The translations under genes and the position numbers were made by a program. The notes beneath the pieces are model-generated. The model did no database searches, was not told the origin of the DNA, and worked only from the letters and a program-made list of their open reading frames with translations. Positions 28,549 through 37,626 of a stretch of DNA of 64,000 nt are shown here, one piece after another. Every line of letters begins with the position of its first letter. Position 1 is the first letter of the stretch. Source of the DNA: Candidatus Sumerlaeaceae bacterium (GTDB lineage: Bacteria > Sumerlaeota > Sumerlaeia > Sumerlaeales > Sumerlaeaceae); the NCBI GenBank assembly GCA_051003195.1, contig JBPCLP010000024.1, positions 32,001-96,000 of the forward strand, given 5' to 3'.

Positions 28549-30808
28549 ACTCGTTTGTCATGTCGTCAGGATTCTCGACCTCAACCTGGGCGCGCGTAAA
28601 CGAATCGTAGTATATACGCATCTCGTTCATGCCACCGGCCAGTCTAACTTCGCGCGACAACGGGCTGAACTTATTGTTCTTTTGATCAAACCACATTTTC
28701 TCCGGTTCGGGCGCCCTGGAAAAGAATATGCGCACGCCCAACGGCCCCGGCACGTCATTCTTTGCCTCCAGTGTAAAGCGGTAGAGGCCGGGGGCATCCA
28801 GAAAATACCGGTATTTCAGAACGCCATTGTACTGCATGTAGATTGTCGGCTGGCCGTCGTGAAGTCTGAACTTGATCAGACTGCCCACGGGATCAATTGC
28901 CGAGAAATCTTTAGTACAGTACCATTCGCCGGCGTTAAGGCGGGGATAAAACGCGAGAGATGCCGTCGAGGATCCTGCGGCGTAGGTAACTGTACTACGG
29001 TACACCCCAGGCGGAAAACTCAGAACGGCAGCGGAGGTTTCCGAGTCCAGCGTCGCACGCAAAGAGAGCGGCCCTGTTACCATGACATCGCCTGTCACCA
29101 GGTAACGGTCGCCTCCCAGGGCTGCCATTATCGGCTGACCAATGACCTGGTTTTGAACTAGTTTTCCGGCAGGTGCAGGTTCGTGCGCCCCAATGAATAT
29201 GACACTACCCCCATAGAAGTTGAACCACTGGCCTTCAGTCACAAACAATTGGAGCAGTTCTTTAGGTATGCTGTAAGGTTGCGTTACAATGTGCCATGCA
29301 CTTGTTCCCGCGTTTAGAACCGACTCAACCTCTTCCCGCGTGTTCAGGAATTGAACCTTTCGGTTGGGGCTGATCTGTTCATGGTAGAACATGAAATGTA
29401 ATCGTTCCCATGTATCGGGAACCGTACTGACCACGATAGCATCCTGCGGGCGCGCGGTCCGATTGACAAACTCCGCCATCCCACGCCAGTCAGCCTGGTT
29501 AGTTTCATTGCGAATCCCCCGGGCATCATACCGTGGATACTCATAGCCCCAAAATCCAGCCATAACAGCAAACAGTCCGATACTCAATAGCTGTCCCACG
29601 CGCTGCAGCGGCACGTTCGTGGGCATCCATCGCCGCGCCAGTGCCGCCGGAAATCCAATTCCCTGCGCAAGTGCGAACAGGAACAGCGGAAGGTGGATGA
29701 TGTTTCTCCGCGGCTCGTATGGAAACTTCATCAGCTCGTAAAACCCAAGGCTCATGGCAAGGCTGATGACACCCCACGCAACCAGGCAGGCAAAAACCCT
29801 CGGCCGCACCAACGCAAGCCGGAGCAACCCAGCGCCCGCTAAATAAAGTATAAACTGAAAAAAACCGGGCGGTATCGTACCAAGCCGCCATGCCGAGAAT
29901 GAGTAGAGCAAGTCCGACAAGTAATTAGAGCGGTCCTTGATGCTCTGGAACAAGAAAAGATTAACCGCAGCGTTGTCTCCTCCACCAAAGCGCGCGGATT
30001 GAAAACGCACCATCTTAAGTCCCCACACCAGCATCGGCGAAAAAACGACGCCAAGCACCACGGGCATCAGCAGCACCGGCAACCACGGTAGCCGACGCGA
30101 CTCATCACGCCGGACTACCCACGTGTACGCGAAAAGCACGATATAACCAGCCGCCAGCACAAACCCGCCGAAGTAGTGCGTGTACAGCAACAAAACGGCA
30201 CTCGTGTAAAGATAAGCGCCACGCCGACGCGACCAGCCCTGCATCGTCGCAATTAGAGCATCACAAAAGAGAAGCGTGGTACACAACAGCATGGAGTAAG
30301 GCCGGTATTCCTGGCTGTACTGGATTGCGAACGTGCATAGCGCCATCAGCGCGGCGCCCGCAACTGCTTCCCAGTTTCCGTTCAGTCGACGAAAAAGTAG
30401 ATAGGTGTACGGTATGGCGATAACGCCAAAAAGCAGGCTGAACAACCGGATCCGAAGGTGATCGTGGCTGGCACTTCCATGCGTGTTCAGAAAGGACAAT
30501 ATATAATATGTTGGCGGGTCGGACATTAACCGGCCTTCCCACCAGATGTCGATTACCTCACTCAGCGTGTGCGGCTCATTGGCCACCTGGTAGGTGTGAA
30601 CTTCATCGCCCCAGAACTGCCGTACATCCGAATGTCGCACCCGCAGCGTTGCCCCTACCGCGGTAATCACTATCAGCAGCACATACGTCAACCGAAGCCG
30701 CGCATACCAGCGTCCTGGTCGTGCTATGGTGCATTCGGGTGCCGGTGAACTCACGGGCACGTCCTCGTGATCGGAGGCGTGATCCGGAGCCTCAATTTCG
30801 CCATACAC
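28508..30808 (-). CDS. GT-C superfamily (family 39/83, PMT/ArnT-like) multi-pass glycosyltransferase with extracellular C-terminal domain
   Basis: FWGDE after TM1, DPPTYY, IRLFS, YSQEYRPYS and LYTHYFG. About 11-13 TMs. SD AAGGAGG. Confidence 0.85.
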   Translation of the reverse strand: MYGEIEAPDHASDHEDVPVSSPAPECTIARPGRWYARLRLTYVLLIVITAVGATLRVRHSDVRQFWGDEVHTYQVANEPHTLSEVIDIWWEGRLMSDPPTYYILSFLNTHGSASHDHLRIRLFSLLFGVIAIPYTYLLFRRLNGNWEAVAGAALMALCTFAIQYSQEYRPYSMLLCTTLLFCDALIATMQGWSRRRGAYLYTSAVLLLYTHYFGGFVLAAGYIVLFAYTWVVRRDESRRLPWLPVLLMPVVLGVVFSPMLVWGLKMVRFQSARFGGGDNAAVNLFLFQSIKDRSNYLSDLLYSFSAWRLGTIPPGFFQFILYLAGAGLLRLALVRPRVFACLVAWGVISLAMSLGFYELMKFPYEPRRNIIHLPLFLFALAQGIGFPAALARRWMPTNVPLQRVGQLLSIGLFAVMAGFWGYEYPRYDARGIRNETNQADWRGMAEFVNRTARPQDAIVVSTVPDTWERLHFMFYHEQISPNRKVQFLNTREEVESVLNAGTSAWHIVTQPYSIPKELLQLFVTEGQWFNFYGGSVIFIGAHEPAPAGKLVQNQVIGQPIMAALGGDRYLVTGDVMVTGPLSLRATLDSETSAAVLSFPPGVYRSTVTYAAGSSTASLAFYPRLNAGEWYCTKDFSAIDPVGSLIKFRLHDGQPTIYMQYNGVLKYRYFLDAPGLYRFTLEAKNDVPGPLGVRIFFSRAPEPEKMWFDQKNNKFSPLSREVRLAGGMNEMRIYYDSFTRAQVEVENPDDMTNEFESTRWKLERIGD

Positions 30809-30865
30809 GACCTCCTTACGTTGCGCCCACGTCTTCCGCAGCTTCCTGGTTATCCTCGAACTCGC

Positions 30866-31738
30866 TCATTTACGAGCGTACACGAACATACGGTAACTGC
30901 GATTGAGCGGTTGCGCGACTTTATCGATTGCGTCGGAACCTGAAATCATCAATTTCGAAATGGGAACGGTATGCCATCGGCTTACATTAGCAGCCCCGAA
31001 CATGATCTCTTCAACCGCAAAAGGTCCACCGCGGCGCAACACTTCCGTTATGGTCTTCGGAGAGAAAAAGAAGTTGTGATGAATGTCGTAAAATAACTCC
31101 ATCAGGTGCTTCCACCGGTTCATCGTTACCCGGTACATCAGATGACCAACCGTGTTAAGCAGACTCTGCTGGTTGATCGTGAAAACGAAGATCACACCGT
31201 TCGGTGCGAGAATCCTGTGAATCTCCTTCAGGGTACGAACCGGGTCATCCAGGTGTTCGATCACGTCCCACAGCGTTACCGCATCAAAAGACGCATCCGG
31301 AAACTTGGCCTCTTCAATCATCCCATTGAATACATCGAACCCCCGTTGCTCGCGCGCGAACTTCGCGGTCGACGTGTTTAGTTCCACTCCCATCACCTGC
31401 CATCCAGCGTAGCGCGCCATTTCCATGAATGCGCCATACGAACACCCCACGTCCAGCAACCTGCCGGGCTTCACCAGCTCGTTCAGTTTAGCCAATCCGC
31501 GCGCGTACGTTGGCATCGGCTCTTTATTTGGGTCGGATGCCAGCTTATTGGTCAGGTAAAACGGCGTTTCCATCGTGGCGTCGTTCTGGTAAAGGCGCTC
31601 ATAATCGTCGCCCGTAATTACCGACTGGCGATACACCACTCCGCAATCAAGGCACCGCACAATCGCGCCAGTGGAAATCTCACAAATGAGATCACTTGCA
31701 CTGTTACCGCAGACATAACACGCTGCGATTGTGCTCAA
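30866..31738 (-). CDS. Class I SAM-dependent methyltransferase with N-terminal zinc ribbon
   Basis: CYVC...CLDCG, LLDVGCSYG and FDAVTLWDVIEHL. The TTG start overlaps the upstream stop. Confidence 0.9.
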   Translation of the reverse strand: MSTIAACYVCGNSASDLICEISTGAIVRCLDCGVVYRQSVITGDDYERLYQNDATMETPFYLTNKLASDPNKEPMPTYARGLAKLNELVKPGRLLDVGCSYGAFMEMARYAGWQVMGVELNTSTAKFAREQRGFDVFNGMIEEAKFPDASFDAVTLWDVIEHLDDPVRTLKEIHRILAPNGVIFVFTINQQSLLNTVGHLMYRVTMNRWKHLMELFYDIHHNFFFSPKTITEVLRRGGPFAVEEIMFGAANVSRWHTVPISKLMISGSDAIDKVAQPLNRSYRMFVYARK

Positions 31739-33495
31739 GCGGCGCCCGCCTCCGGCCTCTCGCGATGGCCTTTCTTCCACACCAGGTAGCTGCCAAGAAT
31801 CAGGTAATCGATCTCGGACCGAACCAGCGTTGAGATCGCATCGGCCGGCGTACCGACAATCGGCTCTCCATGCAGGTTAAAACTCGTGTTCATCACACCG
31901 CCAATGCCTGTCCGCTTCTCGAATGCCTTCACCAGCGCGTACCAACCGGGGTTCTCCAGCTCTGATATAAACTGCGGCCGGCACGTTAGGTCGAAGGGAT
32001 GCAACCCGCACACCAGTTCTCGGAACGCCAGCGGCGTCGACTCAAACGCATTGACCATATAACGCGCCGGAATGTCCTTCGGGTTTACCGTATAATCGTG
32101 CCGGCGCTCCGCCAGCACCGTGGGGCAGAACGGCATCCAGAAATCCCGCATCTTGATCGCCCGGTTGATGTTGCGCACATTACGCGGGTCCGAGGGATTC
32201 GCAATAATGGTCCGGTTACCAAGAGACCGCGCGCCAAACTCCGCGCGCCCCACCATCCGCGCCAGGATCATATTATCCACCAGTAACTGCGCAGCCGTGC
32301 CCGGCAAATCCGCCGGTTTCATCCACTCCAGAGTGCCGGTATTCTTTTGTAATTCCGCCAGGGCCGCCTCGTCGTTAAATTCCGGACCCAGGTACAGCTG
32401 TTCAAGGGGTTGTATCTCAGGCGTCGCGCCGGCCCGCACGCAGTCCTCGGCATATGTGTGCAGCGCTGCGCCATACGCCGTGCTCTCGTCGCCGCCACTC
32501 GGCATAAAGAAAATCTGTTCGATCTCCGGGAGTTGCGAAATCAGCATGTTCATCTTCACGTTCATGAACACGCCGCCCGCGCAACCCACTTTACGGATGC
32601 CGGTCGTCTTCACCCAGTTACGCACAAACGGCACCACGACTTCCTCCACCAGCCGCTGCGCCGCTGCGGCCACGCAATCAAAGCGGTGCCCGCGCATCTT
32701 CTCTTCAATGTAAGGAACCAGGTCCAGGCTCCAGCGTCCCGTACGATTCTCGAAACCGAGCCCATCCGCCGTCAACCCGTAGAACTCCTTCATTACGGCG
32801 TAGGCTTTGTCCGCCCACTCCTCCGGCGCATACGGCGCCAGGCCCATCACCTTGTACTCATGCTCGAGCGGCTTCATCGCCATGTACTGCGTCAGGCGCA
32901 TATAAAAATCGCCGATGGAATGATAGCTGGGCAGCGCCGCCAGCCGGGTCAGACCAAACTTCTCTCCAATGGAAACAGTGCCGCACAATCCATCGCCCGA
33001 CCCATCCAGCGTAATCACCAGCATCTTCTCATCCGGCGAGAAAAAGGGGGACGGATAATAGGCCGTCGCGGCGTGCGTCGTATGATGCTCAACTACGCGC
33101 AACTGCGTTTGCTGGCCGCACCGCCGCAGAAATTCCTTCACTGGTTCCAGGTCGCGCCGCTTGGAAAAATAGTTCACATAATTCTTCACGACTGCAGGCG
33201 ATGTCACCGCCGACGACGCCAACCGGCTCGCCAGGCGAACCATACGCCGCAACAAGGACCGGTCCGCGCTTCCCAGGTCCAGCATCGGCTGAACGAGGCT
33301 GCTCACTGTCACAAAGTCCAGGTCAGCCGGTCGCACATCATTATTTTGAAGCAGCCAGTCAACCGACTGCACCGGGAAGCCGGCCCAGCCCTTTTTGCGA
33401 TTGAACCGTTCCTCACTTACCATCCCGAGCAGTTTTCCATCGCGCATCAGGCACGCGGTTGCCGTATGGCCATCCGTTACACCAAGCGTGATCAC
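31735..33495 (-). CDS. Carbamoyltransferase (NodU/CmcH family)
   Basis: SEERFNRKK, EHHTTHAATAY, LDGSGD, EYKVMGLAPY, AGGVFMNVK, EFGARSLGNR and NTSFNLHGEPIV. Confidence 0.95.
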   Translation of the reverse strand: MITLGVTDGHTATACLMRDGKLLGMVSEERFNRKKGWAGFPVQSVDWLLQNNDVRPADLDFVTVSSLVQPMLDLGSADRSLLRRMVRLASRLASSAVTSPAVVKNYVNYFSKRRDLEPVKEFLRRCGQQTQLRVVEHHTTHAATAYYPSPFFSPDEKMLVITLDGSGDGLCGTVSIGEKFGLTRLAALPSYHSIGDFYMRLTQYMAMKPLEHEYKVMGLAPYAPEEWADKAYAVMKEFYGLTADGLGFENRTGRWSLDLVPYIEEKMRGHRFDCVAAAAQRLVEEVVVPFVRNWVKTTGIRKVGCAGGVFMNVKMNMLISQLPEIEQIFFMPSGGDESTAYGAALHTYAEDCVRAGATPEIQPLEQLYLGPEFNDEAALAELQKNTGTLEWMKPADLPGTAAQLLVDNMILARMVGRAEFGARSLGNRTIIANPSDPRNVRNINRAIKMRDFWMPFCPTVLAERRHDYTVNPKDIPARYMVNAFESTPLAFRELVCGLHPFDLTCRPQFISELENPGWYALVKAFEKRTGIGGVMNTSFNLHGEPIVGTPADAISTLVRSEIDYLILGSYLVWKKGHRERPEAGAA

Positions 33496-34232
33496 TTCGA
33501 CGCAGCGCTTTCCTGCGGCAACCTTGGTTCAGAGACCACGGCGATCTTTCCAAAACGATAACGCAAAAGTGTCATTATGGCCTGGCTGCCATGCCGAATC
33601 AGCCGCAGCTTTTTGCCCTGGGCAACGTTGCGCGGGTGATACCCAATCGGAACCTCCATAATGCGGTGACCGAGCCGCGCAATTTTCGCCGTTACTTCAG
33701 GGCAGAACTCAAAACCGACGCAACTAAGCGGAATCGATTTGATAAGCTCTGTCCGAAACACTTTGTAGCAAGTTGACTCATCGGTGATGTTCAGGCCGTA
33801 CAACAGATTTGTAAAAGTAGCCAACGCGCGATTTACCAGGCGCGTCTTCCAGCCCAAAATGGCATTTGGCAGCAGGAACCGCGAACCATACACGACGTCC
33901 GCTTTGCCTTCCTGGATCGGCTTTACCAGGTTCACATATTCGGCAGGGTCGAGCTCCAGGTCCGCGTCCTGGATGATCACCACGTCACCGGTCACAAACT
34001 GCAAACCGATCCGTATGGCTGCGCCCTTTCCGAAGTTCGTAGGTGTAACGAAAACCTTCACTTCGTCCATGTTTTCTAAGTGCGAACGCTCGACGATGGT
34101 CCGAGTCTGGTCCCGCGAACCGTCATCCACGATGATGACTTCTTTCTCAAACGGGACCTTCAATACCCGTTCAATCACCTCACCAATGGTGGATTCCTCG
34201 TTGTACACGGGTATGATGACAGAGAGTTTCAT
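33492..34232 (-). CDS. GT2 glycosyltransferase (polyprenol-phosphate sugar synthase-like)
   Basis: SVIIPVYNE, VDDGSRD, NFGKGAA, IQDADLELDP and VVYGSRF. ATG at 34232. Confidence 0.92.
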   Translation of the reverse strand: MKLSVIIPVYNEESTIGEVIERVLKVPFEKEVIIVDDGSRDQTRTIVERSHLENMDEVKVFVTPTNFGKGAAIRIGLQFVTGDVVIIQDADLELDPAEYVNLVKPIQEGKADVVYGSRFLLPNAILGWKTRLVNRALATFTNLLYGLNITDESTCYKVFRTELIKSIPLSCVGFEFCPEVTAKIARLGHRIMEVPIGYHPRNVAQGKKLRLIRHGSQAIMTLLRYRFGKIAVVSEPRLPQESAASK

Positions 34233-34386
34233 GGTTTTAGACGGGCTGCACTCCATACAACGTGCATTCTGGAACCATTTAACCTGATCTGAAAAGTCTG
34301 GATGGAGGCATGTCGAGTCTAATTGTGTTTGAGTGATTTAATTACAAACGAGTGAATGTTCCTTCACTACGTCAGAAAGGCACTCT

Positions 34387-35895
34387 GTGACGGCTCGTCA
34401 GCACTTTAGAAATGCCTTGTGGCTTACATCATCCGGAGCCATTGCAAAGATACTGCTCCTTGTAGCGTCGGTACTAACGTACAAACATCTTAGCGTCCTG
34501 GAAAATGGAATTCTCGGCTTCGCCCTCGCCTATGGTTCCATCTGCGCCTTGTTCATGGAAGCCGGGCTGCGTGGGTACACCATGCGCGAGCTGTCCAGGA
34601 TGCGCGAGCATCACGACTCTGCCGCCCGGCTCTTTACGCTCACCCTCAATACGCGCGCAGCGGTGCTGCTGCTGACGGGACCGGTCGCACTAGTCATCGT
34701 TTGGATGCTCGGCTATCGGGGCCCCGTGCTGGCATTTGTCGTCGCGATGATTGGCTATGGGCTGCTGGACTCACTGGGCATGTATTTCAAGGCAGTGCTT
34801 CGGTGCTACGATCGTATGGCGTACGATGCGGTATTTTCGATTTCGGCAAAACTCCTGCTGCTGCTGGTTCTTGCTGGTGCAGTATACACCCGCCATTTAA
34901 CACTGCCCATTGTCTCAGTTGCCTACGTCGGTTCCGCAGCCTTGGAGGTTGGAAGTCTGGCGTTAGTCGTAGGCAAAAGCCTGCGGCTACCCTTCCTGGC
35001 CGCATGCACACCGCGCGCCATGTACCAGCTTCTGCGCACTTCTTTGCCATTCGCCTCGATTATCATGATCGCGATGCTTTATCTTCGCACGGGTGTGTTT
35101 ACGCTCTCGGCGCTGCCGTGGCTTCAGCCGATCTTTTCGCACTTTGAATTACTTGCGGAGCAGGCGCCGAAGATAAGCTCGATCGTCGCGATCGCGTTTT
35201 TCACTACTGCGGCCCGACTGCCGGAAGCCCTGAGCTTCCTTCCATTAGGGGTCGTCAACGCGATGATCCCGCACCTGTCGCGCAGCAAAGGACAAACAGC
35301 CGCCGTGCAGACGATCTTTACAATCCTGATAAAATATCTCGGGATAGCTGGCTTTATGCTCGGGGCATGGCTGGCAACCCAGCCTGCTTCTTTCCTGCTA
35401 TTAGTATCCAAACACGAATACCTGCCGGCCACGGCAGCCTTTTCGTGGCTTGCCATAGCGCTGCCTTTTTCATTTCTACGCTATACCACGTCGAACCTGC
35501 TCATCTGCCTGGATCAGGAGCGGGTCCTGATCCGCCGCGAGGTGATCGCGCTGATTCTTAATCTTGTGTTAAACATCGCGCTGGTGCCGAACTGGACATT
35601 CCTGGGCGCGGCAGTCGCATTGGCGATCAGCGAAGCCGTCTCATTTTTTCTGGAGCTCGCGATCCTTAAAACGCGTTGTGGCGTACAGCTTCCCGCACGG
35701 CTGTGGCTGCTATGGGCGGGCGCGGCCGCCGCAGTCGCAGTCCCCAGCATGCTTGTAGGCGGCCTGGCGCCACTGCCTTCGCTTGTACCCGGAGCCATTG
35801 CCGCCATTCTGTGCCTCGCTGTGATCGTCCTGAGCAATCCGGGCGAAGTGCGTGCGCTGATGCGCCGTCAGGTTGCTGAGATTGCGGAAGGCTGA
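34387..35895 (+). CDS. Oligosaccharide flippase (Wzx / MOP family)
   Basis: About 14 TMs, RNALWL N-terminus, EAGL....RE and NLVLNIALVP...LGAAVA. Confidence 0.85.
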   Translation: MTARQHFRNALWLTSSGAIAKILLLVASVLTYKHLSVLENGILGFALAYGSICALFMEAGLRGYTMRELSRMREHHDSAARLFTLTLNTRAAVLLLTGPVALVIVWMLGYRGPVLAFVVAMIGYGLLDSLGMYFKAVLRCYDRMAYDAVFSISAKLLLLLVLAGAVYTRHLTLPIVSVAYVGSAALEVGSLALVVGKSLRLPFLAACTPRAMYQLLRTSLPFASIIMIAMLYLRTGVFTLSALPWLQPIFSHFELLAEQAPKISSIVAIAFFTTAARLPEALSFLPLGVVNAMIPHLSRSKGQTAAVQTIFTILIKYLGIAGFMLGAWLATQPASFLLLVSKHEYLPATAAFSWLAIALPFSFLRYTTSNLLICLDQERVLIRREVIALILNLVLNIALVPNWTFLGAAVALAISEAVSFFLELAILKTRCGVQLPARLWLLWAGAAAAVAVPSMLVGGLAPLPSLVPGAIAAILCLAVIVLSNPGEVRALMRRQVAEIAEG

Positions 35896-36004
35896 CACAC
35901 ATTAGTCTTAGTGGTTGCGTGGTTCCGTGCCAGAAGCAGCAGAAATCAAAGTACGGTTGTCCAGCCACCGGTACTCATTGTTCTTAACAAAACAAACGCT
36001 ACCG

Positions 36005-36775
36005 CTATATTGATGCCTTGCGTAGCGTAACAACATAGCCAAGCGTATACACGTCGGACTTTATGGATTCATATCGTAAGAGGCGTGCGAGCACGAATTG
36101 CGGGAGCGCGAACATAGCGCGAACAGGAGAGGTTTGCAGTAGATGTTTACGGGTACGAACGAAGCGCCTGATCAACTGATTCAATGCTCCAAAAATCGCC
36201 GCCTGCACTTTAAATAGCATGTCATAGCACACGGTCAGAAGGCCACCACGACCGGCTATGTCCTCGACATGCAACCCTGCTTTCTCTGCCATATACTTGT
36301 AGCTGAAGGGCGTATAGCGGAAGAAGTCGTACGGCGCCTCATGAATTCGGTACATGAAGGGCGACGTCACAAGCGCAATACCTCCCGGCCTGAGCACTCG
36401 GCCTATCTCCGTAAGGCATTGCTGCGGTTCCGGAAGATGTTCCAGCACCTCGGTGCAAAGCACGAAGTCGAAGCTGGCGTCAGAGAATGGCAGTTGGGTC
36501 GCCGATCCATAGATATCGATACGCGTCTGTTCGTGCGGAGAGAATGGCATATCGATACCAACGTGACGCCGCACATAAGGGGCAAATACCGCCTCATATG
36601 GCTTCGTGCCGCAGCCGATATCCAGCATGTTACCGAATGCCAGCTCGCGCCTTTTTACGATCTCGCGCAGCAGGCGATCTGTCGCAAGGTACGATTCGGG
36701 CGCAATCCGCCGCCAGTCAATCGTGAAGGCTCCGGAACTCGTCTGCCGAATAAAGCCCGGGCTGCTGTCTCGCAT
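36005..36775 (-). CDS. Class I SAM-dependent methyltransferase
   Basis: LDIGCGTKPY, LPFSDASFD.VLCTEVLEH and PF....HEAPYDFFRYT. ATG at 36775 chosen as start. Confidence 0.9.
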   Translation of the reverse strand: MRDSSPGFIRQTSSGAFTIDWRRIAPESYLATDRLLREIVKRRELAFGNMLDIGCGTKPYEAVFAPYVRRHVGIDMPFSPHEQTRIDIYGSATQLPFSDASFDFVLCTEVLEHLPEPQQCLTEIGRVLRPGGIALVTSPFMYRIHEAPYDFFRYTPFSYKYMAEKAGLHVEDIAGRGGLLTVCYDMLFKVQAAIFGALNQLIRRFVRTRKHLLQTSPVRAMFALPQFVLARLLRYESIKSDVYTLGYVVTLRKASI

Positions 36776-36906
36776 ATCAAAGCGTATTCCCGCAGTTGAA
36801 ACCTGCCAAGACAAGCAAAAGCACACGATAAAACTGCTCGACACTGTTTCCATGCACGCCATGATTAGTAAGTACAATTACTGGTTCATCTGGAGGACGG
36901 ATCGGT

Positions 36907-37626
36907 TTGCCGGCGAATCTGCTGCGGAAGATAATGGGCGCAAACTCGATCGGAGCGTTCATTCGAATTACGACGCTGCGCCGCCGCCTTGCCGAATTGC
37001 TGCCGCCAAATTGCGAGCGCGTGTTTGAGGCCGGGTGTGGCACGGCTGCCGTCCTCGCGCAGTTGCGGCCCTTTTTCCCGGGTGCTGCTTTATCAGGAAT
37101 TGATATCGATCCCGATCTCATCAGGCGCGCACAGGAACGAATTCCCGAGGGTAAATTCTGGGTCGCTGACCTGACGCAGTTCACGGGCAGTGCTAACCAG
37201 GACCTGGTCCTGAACGTGGACGTCCTCGAGCATATCGAGGACTATCAAGCCGCACTGCGAGGCATGCTATCCTGCCTGAAACCCGGCGGTCTGCTGGCTC
37301 TGCACACGCCGAACGAAACGCAACGCCGACTGCTTCCAGTCCGGCTACTACAGGAACACCACCAGCACGATCACGTGCGTGAAGGATACAACCTGGATAC
37401 GCTGGCTTCCGATATGGAAGCACTGGGTGCCGAGGTGCTCCACAAAGAGCGCACGGTGGGGACGTTCGGGGCCCTGTTATGGGATATTGATTTTATTGCA
37501 CGAAAAGCATATCCGATGAATCTGCTCTTGCTGCCCGTGCTGAAGCTTTTCGCGCGCGTGGATATCGGTTCCTGCCACCCCCAGGGCAATGGCTTGCTGA
37601 TCATCGCCAAAAAGAAAGGCGCGTAA
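36907..37626 (+). CDS. Class I SAM-dependent methyltransferase
   Basis: FEAGCGT, GIDID, DVLEHIED and LKPGG motifs. Confidence 0.88.
   Translation: MPANLLRKIMGANSIGAFIRITTLRRRLAELLPPNCERVFEAGCGTAAVLAQLRPFFPGAALSGIDIDPDLIRRAQERIPEGKFWVADLTQFTGSANQDLVLNVDVLEHIEDYQAALRGMLSCLKPGGLLALHTPNETQRRLLPVRLLQEHHQHDHVREGYNLDTLASDMEALGAEVLHKERTVGTFGALLWDIDFIARKAYPMNLLLLPVLKLFARVDIGSCHPQGNGLLIIAKKKGA

Noticed and set aside
32410..33561. 383-aa plus-strand ORF
   Set aside because: Antisense shadow of the carbamoyltransferase, His/Arg-rich with no recognisable motifs.
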